Shown: piece after piece, positions 52,575 to 64,000 of the stretch
Position numbering within the stretch: the stretch's first letter is position 1
Layout: every line of letters begins with the position of its first letter
NCBI GenBank assembly: GCA_965113315.1
Contig: OZ220368.1
DNA: 64,000 nt
Source of the DNA: Podarcis vaucheri
Taxonomy: Eukaryota
Direction: 5' to 3' (one strand)
Program-made: the position numbers and the translations under genes
The notes under the pieces: model-generated
Databases searched by the model: none
The model's input: only the letters and a program-made list of their open reading frames with translations
Told to the model about the DNA's origin: nothing

Positions 52575-54553
52575 TACATTGTTGGGAAAGTAAGGGGAAA
52601 ATATTTGACACTTCAGCTCTGCCAGAGACTGCAGGGAAAGGTCTCAAGAGTATTTGGTTCCCTGTTGTACAATTCAGAGCGCCACATAAAGCGTTCAGGG
52701 AATAGTACTATTTCAACAGGTAAAGTGACCGCGAGCAGCTTCTCATTTTCCTGCACAGAGTATTTGCTTAACTTTTGCCACTATGATCCACGGGACCTTA
52801 AAAACATTATTCGAATTTATATTCACTGAAAGGGTTTTTTTAATACCGCTTTTCATTTTCCATAAAATACCAGGGCATTGTAAAACACACCAAATCCAAC
52901 AGGAAGGCCACACCCACCCTTGCTTTATGCCACGCGGTTTCTTATTCAAGTCTCAGAACCCGGATGCTTAAGAGCATGATGCTGATAATGCCAAGGTCGC
53001 AGGTTCGATCCTTGTATGGGACAGATGCATAAGTGTGAAGAGCGCTGTTATTATTTCTGCATCCTTTCAAATAGCCCACTACCCATATAGGAGCTCCAGC
53101 ATCAGTACATACAGGGTGGGTATGGTAGACGTTGCCAAAACAGCAGGGAAAAGGATCTCTTCTCATTGGATCCTCCACTTGAGGTTGGATCGCAGAGGGG
53201 GAGGTCTGATATTATCCTATGGCCCCAGGGACACATTCTGAGGGGGTCACAAGACTGCAGCCTTATTGACTAATTGAATGTACTGCAGATGGTTAAGGAA
53301 ATGTGTTTCAGCTGTGAACTCAGTGGCTCCCAACCCTTCTACGATTACATTTCCATGCTTTATGAACCCCGTCCCCCCCAAAAAAAAAACCCTCCAAGGG
53401 CATGGCGCTTGCTTTTATGTTGCTGGAGATAATTTGAAAGATTCCCCAAGCAGCTTGCAAATTGCATTAATGTGCCCCAAGAGTGTCCCAGGAGTACAGC
53501 TCGCACGGCAAGGGAATATGGAAAGAGAGATATTTTTCCCCCCATCCAGAAACTGCACTTTGCACAGTCAAAGTGCATTAGATGCTGTCATGGCAGAAGG
53601 CACCTCGAAAGGAAAAAACACAAGCTTGGAAGGCTATTAAAGTGACGCATGCCACACAGCACCAATGACACAAACCAAAATAAAGGAAGAAAGGCAACAT
53701 GTTTGGCTAGAAGGAGAAAAATGGCTTGTCCAGTCAAAGCATAGAATTGGCATTGTTTCAATAGGCAGACTGTTTCAGGGAGGGGGGGCGCAATCTCTTA
53801 GGGTGTGGTTTCTAGATAGTCTGAAATTTCAGCCTACTGTTTTGCCTGCCAACATGGGCCAATGTTTGATGCATTCCAGCTCCCTTGAACGCAGCCGACA
53901 GACGCTCAAATTGAAGCTGACGTTCAACCTGCCCTCTGCATAATCTAATAACAGAGCTTGTGCTCCTTCAAATTATAGCAAAGTTTAGGACTTCCTCACC
54001 ACAAATGCAGGCTGTCATTTAGATTTTTCATTTGACGTATCCAGGTGGCCTAATTTGGGGAGTGGGGAGGGCAAGCTTGATTTTAGTAACATGAAGAATA
54101 GAAGGTCCCGGTTCGCGTTAAGGGGAAATGGCGCTGAAAATGAACACCCAGAATACGCTTCCCAGGTCTTCACATCAACATTTCGTATCTACAGAAGAAA
54201 GAACTGCGGCAAATCATTGCAATGTATTGGCTCCAGATCCTGGATGCCCCTTTTTGGTGCGGACACCGTGGGGTTCTGCTGTCAGAAGAGACAACCAAGC
54301 TTCTCTCTTCTCCACCCCTCAGCACCCAACTTTATTTATCTATTTAGCTGGCAAGATTTATATTCCGCTTAATCAACAAAAACTCTTCACATGAGGCAAT
54401 ATATTGTTGTTCTTTATTAAATCTGCATGCCGCCATTCTTCCGAAGGGTGTTCACAGGGCAGCTCCCAACATAAAAATACAGAATGTAAATGTAAAACAC
54501 CTAAGAAAAACAAAAGCAAAACAAACCAATAATTCCCCTCCCTACCTCTGACC

Positions 54554-54901
54554 GGGACATGGCTGGCACTGTGGGTTAAACCACAGAGCCTAGGGCTTGC
54601 TGATCAGAAGGTCAGCGGTTCGAATCTCCGCGACGGAGTGAGCTCCCGTTGCTCAGTCCCTGCTCCTGCCTACCTAGCAGTTCGAAAGCACACCAGTACA
54701 AGTAGATAAATAGGTATCGCTCCAGCGGGAAGGTAAATGGCATTTCCATGTGCTGCTCTGGTTCGCCAGAAGCAGCTTAGTCATGTTGGCCACGTGACCT
54801 GGAAGCTGTACGCCGGCTCCATTGGCCAGTAAAGCGATATAAGCGCTGCAACCCCAGAATCATCTGCGATTGGACTTAATGGTCAGGGGTCCCTTTACCT
54901 T
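54554..54901 (+). mobile_element. Sauria SINE
   Basis: Full length, more diverged; TSD TACCTCTGACC. Confidence 0.93.
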
Positions 54902-54911
54902 TACCTCTGAC

Positions 54912-55365
54912 CAGGGGCAGATCTACTATGAAACTAAGGAAGTTTAAGCTCCAGGGCCCCTAATGTCAGAGGTGTCCCAGAAGGGACTTTAAGTCCATCA
55001 TGCTTAATAATTTTGGGTCTAGCAGACCCAATTTGAGCCACACGACTCAAATCATTCTATGATGTATAATGCATGTATATAACATTTCCCTAATTTTCAT
55101 CCTCCCTCCCATAACTCACAAAAATATAAGGCATAGGAAATTTTTATTCACACCAGTGCCTTTGACGTGTGAGATAATCCAGTACAGTACAGCAATTTTA
55201 TTCAAAATCTGAGATGTAGCAGTTAATTTCTTTGTAAAAACACTGTGGTGATCTGTCGTGGAACAACTCCGTTGAAGAAGTGGTTACCCAGAACTTGTTG
55301 CTGGTTGTGAAGGGGCCCCCTTAACGGTTCAAGCTTCAGGGCCCAAAAATGTAGGTCCGCCACTG
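54912..55365. mobile_element. hAT non-autonomous element
   Basis: CAGGGGCAGATCTAC / GTAGGTCCGCCACTG ends; 8-bp TSD CCTCTGAC / CCTCCGAC; subterminal repeats aagct(c/t)cagggccc. Confidence 0.75.
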
Positions 55366-55962
55366 CCTCCGACTGCTGGACTGTTGGTGTTGACCCATGA
55401 CACTTTCCATTTATTTTAATTTGTACTGTTTTAACATTTTGATATTTGCTGCCCTGGGCTCTATCAGGAGGAAGAGCAGGGTACAAATTCCATCAGCATC
55501 CTGCACTTTGTTCCCACAGTGGCCAACTAAACGGTTGTAGGAAGCCCAAAGGAGGACATGAGACCGACCTGAAGGTTCTAGGGACTGAACCTGAGAGCTT
55601 TCTGTCCACTGGGATATGCTATTTTTACGTCGTCTTGAGGAAATGCACAAACACAATACAGAAATCCTTCTCTCTGCCAGCACCTGAGGATCTGATGTTA
55701 TCATGCATTGTGAAACGTGGTTATACCGTTTGGATGTGCTTATGCTGTGCAAGTTACTCTGGAATATTACTTATTTCTTAAAACAAAACTGTAGTTTTTT
55801 TTATCACCCAAAATGCACTTTATTCCAGCGAGCTCTACATTGCACCACAAACTGCACATTCCTCCTTTGCCATTCACAAAGACCAGGTATTCTAATCTTG
55901 AGAATGGTAACAGAAGGCAAATTGTTGTTATTTATTTATTTTATTTTTATTAGGTTTATATA

Positions 55963-56197
55963 CAGACGTACCTTGGTTCTCAAACGCCTTGGTACTCGTA
56001 CGTTTTGGCTCCCAAACACCGAAAACCTGGAAGTAAGTGTTCTGGTTTTTGAATGTTTTTCGGAACATTCGACGCAGCTTCTGCTTGGGTCCAGGAAGCA
56101 CCTGCAGCCGATCGGAAGCCACGCCTTGGTTTTCGAACGTTTCGGAAGTTGAACAGACTTCCAGAACGGATTACGTTCAAGAACCAAGGTACAACTG
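55963..56197. mobile_element. Tc1/mariner MITE, family C
   Basis: TA|CAGACGTACCTTGGTTCTCAAACG ... CGTTCAAGAACCAAGGTACAACTG|TA. Confidence 0.85.
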
Positions 56198-56286
56198 TAC
56201 TGCCCTTCATTATAAGGGTGTTGTTACTGGTGTATCTGTGCTATTGTATTGTATTGTATTGTATTGTATTGTATTGTATTGTATTG

Positions 56287-56635
56287 TAAAGGTAAAGGGA
56301 CCCCTGACCATTAGGTCCAGTCGTGACCGACTGGAGTTGCGGTGCTCATCTCGCTTTATTGGCCGAGGGAGCCGGCGTACAGATTCCGGGTCATGTGGCC
56401 AGCATGACTAGGCCGCTTCTGGCGAACCAGAGCAGCGCATGGAAACCGTGTTTACCTTCCCGCTGGAGCGGTACCTATTTATCTACTTGCACTTTGACGT
56501 GCTTTCGAACTGCTAGGTTGGCAGGAGCAGGGGCCGAGCAACAGGAGCTCACCCCATCGCAGGGATTCGAACCATGACCTTCTGATCGGCAAGTCCTAGG
56601 CTCTGTGGTTTAACCCACAGCGCCACTCGCGTCCC
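56287..56635 (-). mobile_element. Sauria SINE inside a (TATTG)n microsatellite
   Basis: Reverse-complement full-length copy; (TATTG)n at 56242-56286 and 56636-56649. Confidence 0.95.
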
Positions 56636-57159
56636 TGTATTGTATTGTACTATAAACACTGTGACCATCAGTGTGCACAGTGTTTATAGTACAAGAATAG
56701 GAAGGTAGATAAACTACTCTCAATTCCTGGGTCTACAGAGAACTGTTTTATTAACCTCTTTTCCTGGGGTTTATGTGGGTTTGCCTGGCTTAACCCATCC
56801 ACCAGTTTCTCAGGTGAGAGGTACCAGGGCCTCCCCCTTCACTCTTGCATCCTTTGATATGGGATCTGGTTCCTCTCCATGAAAGATTCCAAGTGGCTGT
56901 GCTGTGCGCTTGTGTGGTTACCAGAATTCCATGGGCAGGGCAATTCCTCCCATCCGATCATTACCCTGCTGGGAGTGAGCACCACAACCAAGTAGGGACA
57001 ACTTGAACATCCACATTTTGGAAATGGCAATATCTGCGACGTTCCCAGGGATCCGCAGCCGTTAACACGAATGCAACACTCCTCGTTAATCTCACCTTGT
57101 TTTCTTCTCTCACCCAGGCTCTAGAGAACCAGTGCAGAAAAGCTCTTGCAGGTGCAAAA

Positions 57160-57687
57160 CATAGCTGTCAACCGTCCCTTATTTGGCGGGAAAGTCCCTT
57201 ATCCCAGCACTGTGTCCTGCTGCTGTCCCTTATTGATGATGTCCCTTAAATTTCCCAGGTTTCAAAGGAAGCAGCTCCTCTCCCTCCCTGCCTGCCAGCC
57301 AGGGAGGAGGGAGGTTCCAACTGTGTTGCTTGGCTACATTGCTCACCCAATAAGGAGTCTAAGAACGACTGGGGGGGTGGAGCTTGCATGCCTTGTGCCG
57401 ATCAAATCGGCCATGTTGCCTGAGGACTCGCCTTTGCTCAGCGCTTCCCAGCGGAGAGGTGATGGTGGTTTCCCTTGCTGCATCCCCTTTGCCAGGTTGC
57501 TGCGCTGTGGGAACCACCGCTTGAGACTTTGCTTGGCTGCTGGGCTGGCTGGGCTTTCTGCCTTTGGCTCGGAGGGTCTCAGAAGCTGAACACACCTGTG
57601 CTTGGAAAATCCCCTCTTTTGGCTGCTGATCCCTTATTTTCGAGGCTGCTAGTCACTTATTTTCAAATCGGTAAGTTGACAGCTATG
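57160..57687. mobile_element. hAT non-autonomous element (long form)
   Basis: 13-bp TIR CATAGCTGTCAAC / GTTGACAGCTATG; perfect 8-bp TSD GTGCAAAA. Confidence 0.92.
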
Positions 57688-58726
57688 GTGCAAAACGATC
57701 TGAAAGACTCGGGTTGGAGATTCCAACATATGACTCTGACCACCCTCCACCTGACGTCATACCCACCAACATTCATTTTAAAGCTTTATCATGGCGGATG
57801 AATCCCAAGCAACTGAGCCATGATCTCAACTGGCATCCCCCAAACATGACTTCAGCCGAGTGTTTAGGGTGTGGTTTGAATGGCAAAATAGAGATGTCAA
57901 TGTCAATACACTGAGCGTGGACTTCATGCCGGTGGAATGCTTTCAACCAGCCGAGATGTCCAGATTTAATGGGATGCCATTTGCCTGGATATGTCGCCGC
58001 CGCAAATTAACGAGACCAACTCACGGGGTGGCATATGCAGCAGCAAGAGAGAGATGCCTCTGACCTAGCCAGAGGAGACACTCATAGCAGCTTATGCAGG
58101 CTGATGATATCATCCGTCTATGCCAGCACAGCACCCTCCGCACTGAAAGAACTGGATCAGGCACACCCATCTCCAGCAGGATAAACACACAAAATAATAT
58201 TTATTCAATCACAACGGTGCACTGGGTAATGCCAAATGGAACAAGGCTTATAATAGTGCTAGGTCTACAGAGCAAGAACACAAAAGGTTGAAACTGGACC
58301 CCCACCGCAGCCCCCAGAAGAGAATCTGCAGCCAAAACAACTGTAGAGCAGGTGAAACTTCCTCTTCCTGCTCTACATTTTGCAAGAGAGGTGAGCCACA
58401 AGTTCATCCCTGGACTTCTGGGTGGTGTGGGGAGATTAGAACAGACAAAGAGAAAACACTATGTTGATGCGGCTGACGTCTGGGCTAGGGAGGGGTGTGT
58501 GTCAGTGTCTGAGCTTTTACTTTTATCTGCTGGTTAGTGGGTGGAAGCATCATTTTGGATTTATTTATTTATTCATTTATTGCTACTTTGCTGCCCATGT
58601 TGCTGTCCCTGCTACTGGGCAGAAGCTGCTCCTTGCGTTTTATTTACACGCTGTATGGAATGTTAACGTTTTGTAAGACCCTTTTCCCTTTCCGTTTTCT
58701 TTTATAGTTTTGTATACGTTCTTCAG

Positions 58727-59051
58727 GACATGGGTGGCACTGTGGGTTAAACCACAGAGCCTAGGGATTGCCAATCAGAAGGTCAGCGGTTCGAATCCCC
58801 GTGACGGGGTGGGCTCCCGTTGTTTGGTCCCAGCTCCTGCCCACCTAGCAGTTCAAAAGCATGTCAAAATGCAAGTAGATAAATAGGTACTGCTCCAGCG
58901 GGAAGGTAAACGGCATTTCCGTGTGCTGCTCTGGTTTGCCAGAAGCGGCTTAGTCATGTACACCGGCTCCCTTGGCCAATGAGGCGAGATGAGCGCCGCA
59001 ACCCCAGAGTCATCCGCGACTGGACCTAATGGTCAGGGGTCCCTTTACCTT
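58727..59051 (+). mobile_element. Sauria SINE with a small internal deletion
   Basis: 14-bp TSD TATA(C/T)GTTCTTCAG; lacks about 23 bp after tagtcatg. Confidence 0.93.
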
Positions 59052-59609
59052 TATATGTTCTTCAGTGTAAGCTGGATGGAGGTCTCTTAGGTGACAAGCA
59101 GCTTATAAGTCTTAATAAATAATACTTTACTTTTTTTTTTTTTTTTTTTACAAAACTATAGATTAAATTAAGTTGCAAACGGAATCAAAATCTCATTTGA
59201 AGGGGGAAAAGGTCTTCAGTTCCTGGTGGGAAAGAAATGGGAAGGAAGATTAACCTAACTCAGGGCTACCCAAACTGCAGACCACAGGCCACCAGCGGCC
59301 ACATGCTTCATTCAGGCGGTCTGTGCTATGTCTGTAAAAATGCAATTTGAAAAAGACCGTACAGCATCTAGCACAGCGCATTGCAATTGCTACAACAAAA
59401 CCCTCAGCAATTTTCAAGTGGTTCATATGTGTGGGGAGTTTGGGGACCCACTGACCTTACCTTTGGAGCAGGGAGTTCCACAACGGAACACTACCACAGA
59501 AAGGCTCCTCATGCGCTGCCATCAACCATGCGTCCGACAGGAATGGCGCAGGCCAGTGGGCCGCAATGGCTGTTCTGAAAGGATGGGCTGAGTCACATAG
59601 AGGTGACGG

Positions 59610-59756
59610 CAGTGGTGTAGCGTGGGGGGTGCAGGGGGTGCCGGCCGCACCGGGCGCAACATCTGGGGGTTAGGGTTAGGGGGCGCAAATCCACGGGTTA
59701 GGGGGTGCAAATTACTTGCCTTGCCCCGGGTGCTGACAACCCACGCTACGCCACTG
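59610..59756. mobile_element. hAT MITE containing TTAGGG motifs
   Basis: TIR CAGTGGTGTAGCGTGG / CCACGCTACGCCACTG; 8-bp TSD GGTGA(C/T)GG. Confidence 0.88.
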
Positions 59757-59967
59757 GGTGATGGTGCTTCAAGTAGCTTGGCCGCAAACTATTTAGGGCT
59801 TTGAAAATGACAACTGCACCTGAATCACACTCAAAAACTAAGTGGAATCCAGGTGACTCCATCTTTCAAACAGAAGATCGTAAACAGGCAACCAACAACT
59901 CCCTGCAAGTAAAGAGCTTGCAAAACAGGGTAAGAGCTGAGCTAGGACATCTTTTCCAATATCTCCC

Positions 59968-60102
59968 CTCAGCTCAGCCAGGTAGAGCGTGAGACACTTC
60001 ATCTCAGGGACTTGGGTTCGATTCCCCACCATAGGCAAAGATTCCTGCATTGCAGGGGGTTGGACTAGATGGCCCCACCCATGGCCCCATCCAACTCAGT
60101 GA
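59968..60102 (+). mobile_element. tRNA-Lys-headed, CR1-tailed SINE interrupted by a Sauria SINE
   Basis: gctcagccaggtagagcgtgagacac..gggttcgattcccc head; tail ccatccaactc resumes as ..gatactatga after 60457. Confidence 0.75.
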
Positions 60103-60456
60103 TAAAGGTAAAGGGGCCCCTGACCATTAGGTCCAGTCGTGACCGACTCTGGGGTTGCGGCACTCATCTCGCTTTATTGGCCGAGGGAGCCAGCGTACAG
60201 CTTCCGGGTCATGTGGCCAGCATGACTAAGCTGCTTCTGGCGAACCAGAGCAGTGCACGGAAACGCCATTTACCTTCCCGCCGGAGTGGTACCTATTTAT
60301 CTACTTGCACTTTTTGGCATGATTTCAAACTGCTAGGTTGGCAGGAGCAGGGACCAAGCAACGGGAGCTCACCCCGTTGCGGGGATTCAAACCGCTGACC
60401 TTCTGATCGGCAAGTCCTAGGCTCTGTGGTTTAACCCACAGCGCCACCCGTGTCCC
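60103..60456 (-). mobile_element. Sauria SINE
   Basis: Reverse-complement full-length copy; TSD TC(A/G)GTGATA. Confidence 0.95.
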
Positions 60457-62901
60457 TTCGGTGATACTATGACGTAATAAAGAAACTACGCTTGGCTGCT
60501 CCAGTCTTGCTTCCTGGTGCTGCTAGAGCTCCCCCTCCACCCACCAGCCTACAGCAATTGTTCTCAGGGAACAGTTTTCCACTTCTCTGCTCAATCCCAA
60601 ACCCGTTTAACATCTCAAGAAGATGCTGCAGTCCAGGAATATGGAACCTGCTGATGTTGCTGGCCTGCAGCTCCTGTGATCCCTGAACATTTGCCAAGCA
60701 GGCTGGTGCTGATGGGAATTGGAGTCCAAGAACATCTGGAGGAGCAAGAGCTCCCCAATATTGGCCGTATTTTGCCAGGGGATGCCTGCGCAGCTACTCC
60801 TGGTGTCTCATCCTGCCCATCCTCCAAGGATGGAGGACCATGCGAGGACTTACACCAACCACCCCTTTGTCTGCCCTGGTCTTGCAAGTGGGGGTACCAG
60901 ACCCACAGAAAAGGACCTCTCATTTTGAAATAAAGCACCGCTAATCTCGAGTCATTAACTTCTATTTAAGTCGAACACATATCTGTGCTATGTCTCCTGG
61001 AAATCCAAATACCCATTTATCATTGACAAATTTTAAGCCTCACGAGGGAATGTGGTAAAGAATGACAGAGTTGTACTGGATTTCTCTGATGATGGATGGA
61101 AAAACTACATGCACGCACATTCTATATAATAGTAATAACAACTCTCATTTCTCTGAACACCAAGCTACCGCCACCGATTTTGGGTCCCTCACTCACCAAG
61201 TAACTACTATTTCTTGGAAATGTCATCCGCGACATGGTCAAAAATCTTACCTACCCTTTCATTAAAGTATTGAAATTCCAATGGACTGCACCAATGTTTT
61301 TTGATGCAATCCAGACTGTTTTAACATCAAAGGATCCATACTGGTTGCTTGACGACGCTTAAAAGTTTTATGTCTGAAAACAATTTGGGTCAAACTCGAC
61401 TTAAGATTAACAGTTGCGCATAATTATTTCATGTGGGGAAGAGTTTAATGAAACAATGCTGAGCAAACACATCACACTTAATAAGCAAAATGCATACTTT
61501 CCAGCTGCCGGTCATGTTTAATTTGGACGAAGTCTTTTTTTTTTATTCATATATTCTGTACAGTACTTCAAAAAAAAAAACTGAGCAGAGAAAAATACCA
61601 ATGATTAATGTATTTTTTGGATCCTGTGATCTGAAGCCGTTTGTTCTTTACTCTAATGATAGCTTTTGGATAGTACAAAGTACATGGATCCAGATAAAAA
61701 CAGGATTCAGATAAAATAGGCGGAGGGAGATGCAAGTGAAATGAAATATATTGTGGTTTCTATATTTTCTCCACAAGCGCAGATTGATGAGTAAGGAGAT
61801 TTTCAAAAGCCAGAAATTGCTAGGAAGAAAAACAGCGCTGGGACCCTATTCTATAGGAGGCTGTGTCTGGCAGAACAAAGTTTGGAAACAGGTTTGGCTT
61901 GCAGCGATTTTCTAAATCTCCTCCCCGCCCACTCCAGCAGTACAGCTTGACACCGTTGCTTATATAACCAAAACAGCACCATCGACACTGAAGAAGAAAA
62001 TGTTAGCAAGCTCAGGAGAAAACTTCAAGGTGCGCAGAAGCATTTTTCTGTTTTAGAAAACGGGGAAAAAAACAAACTTCCCTCTGAGAAATTAGCATGC
62101 TCAGTAGTCACAAAATGCAGACTATGAATTGGGGGGGGGAAATGGGAAAGGAAATGGAATGGAGTATCTTGGAACAGGGTGTGGCTGGCTAGCACACTGA
62201 TAAACATGGCCCACCTCACACTGTAACATTTTGCTGCAGGTACCACTTGTAATTTATATACAACGAATAGTGTTGCAGAAGTTCCAATAAAATCTGTGTT
62301 GAGTTGGCTCAAAGGTGCGCACATATACGTGCATACACAAATGCCTTTTCGAGACTATAGCATCTCAGAGCGCAAGTGGGAATTTTCCGTTAGGAGGAGA
62401 CCACCCCTACAAAGAAAAATCTCCTTGCTTGTAGAAAACTAGCATATCAGAGGAAAGGGTTATATGGGAATCATTTCCCCTTATGTGTCAGTTTTCTACA
62501 TGCAGGGATGCCTGAAAAAAATGGGTAGCTAGCATTTGGAAATGCAATTCTCCCATCGGCAGCCTGAAATGGTATAGTCCTAGGGGGATTCTACCATTTA
62601 ATTTTCATTTTTGCTGAATGTGATCAGCTTCAAGTTTTGCTGAATGTGCCGTTCCTATTTCCACCTAAGTGCCATTTAATTGGAATCAGACTGTTGCACT
62701 CCTCCTCCTGTGAGCAGCTGTGCTTTCAGATACACACAGCTGACGAAATCAAACATGGGTCCTAGCAGTGGCAAAAAATGCCGTTTGTCTACTTGTGAGA
62801 CTCCTGACCAGAACTTCCGACTAGCTCGCGAGCACCTAGAGCTGTGCCTTCGAAGGCCAGGGCACTACTCAAGTGGAGACAGGCTTCTCCCCACTCCAAC
62901 A

Positions 62902-63090
62902 GGGAAGGGCAATAGCTTAGTGACCGAGCATCTTCTTTGCATGCAGAAGGTCCCAGGCTCCATACCAAACATCGCCAGGTAGAACTGGGCAAGATTCCCT
63001 ACCTGAAACCTGGGAGGGATGCTGCAGTGTAGACAACACTGAGCAAGATGGAGCAATGGTCTGATTCTGTACAAGGCAACTTCTACGATG
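62902..63090 (+). mobile_element. Old tRNA-derived SINE
   Basis: Homologous to 28856-29037 (tgcagaaggtcccaggc, cagtgtagacaacactgagc, aaggcaacttc). Confidence 0.65.
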
Positions 63091-64000
63091 CAATTTTTGA
63101 TCCTCAAGCCCTGGGATATCTTTGCAGCAGTTTGTAGGGGAGCTTTTTCAGCTAAAGGGCAGAATTCTTTTCAGGACAAGCTTCTGGAGTAGACTGGAGG
63201 CAGAACCAGAGGGAAAAGAGAATGGAACACATCCCTCTTTATCCTCCCTCCAGGCAAGCAAAGCGGCTTTATCAGAGTTCAAGGATATGGTCCAGCCCAG
63301 CAGAAACGCTCAAGGAGGGTGTGGTCTGGGGGAGAGTGCCAAGGGCCGCACAGAAATTCCTGGAGGGCCACATCTGGTCCCCAAGGTTCTCCACCCCTGT
63401 GCTAAAGCAAGAAATTCATTTTCCAGACAACCTGAGCAAAATCAGACCACATGAAAGAGAACTTCTAGAATGTAAGCCTTTTTCGGATAACTTAAAAGAA
63501 ACACTCTAAGTATTATGAACTCGTGATCAGGATTTGAACTATGAGCAACGAAAGGTATTAGAGATCACTGAATTGTTGTTATGGTATTAAGAGACAGATG
63601 TTAGGGTGCAGCAAAGGGGGAGAAATTAAAAAACACCGTGGGAAATGGGGTGGAAAGTCGATGAAACAAAAAGAAATCATGATGTATTAGAATGTATGTG
63701 TTAATTTTTGGAAAATCCAATGAAATATAATTAAAAAACAAAACAAAGCAGGATTTCTGCAACAGTTTAATTGATTATTAAACCAATAAATTGGACTGTG
63801 ATTGCCCGGAGATAAGACAACTGCTGCAGTAATTAATCCCAGGCCGAGAGGGGTACCAAATGATGCACCTCCTAAATTCTGCCTGCTCTTGCGCGAAGGA
63901 AGGATGCTGACGACAACCAACATCTCCAGTCTCCAAATTCTAATAAAACGTACTAGCGTTTCAATGAAACCGAGAGATTCACAGCCAATAAAGTGTATCT

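Overview
Vertebrate genomic DNA, almost certainly from a squamate and most likely a lacertid lizard (POM-type Sauria/Squam1 SINEs, Squam3, BovB). It holds two convergent, intron-rich genes. VAPB exons 2-6 plus its 3'UTR lie on the + strand (exon 1 is upstream of the window). APCDD1L exons 2-4 lie on the - strand (exon 1 not found, probably beyond position 64000). This tail-to-tail order matches human 20q13. All exons have canonical AG/GT ends and compatible phases. The rest is introns dense in transposable elements: 9 Sauria SINEs, tRNA-derived SINEs, L1, L2, CR1, BovB, RTE-X fragments, hAT and Tc1/mariner MITEs with visible TIRs/TSDs, and one solo LTR. The most intriguing element is the solo LTR in APCDD1L intron 1. 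Its U3 carries a decayed ~149-codon ORF ending in an HMGN-like RRSARL motif, and it contains a potential in-frame phase 1-1 cassette exon. Other notable items are an open VAPC alternative frame, a MITE inside a conserved VAPB 3'UTR block, a snap-back 5' junction at a SINE, and a sense L1 lacking its AATAAA. Repeat-family names and comparisons with human sequence come from memory, not from database searches. No prokaryotic features are present.
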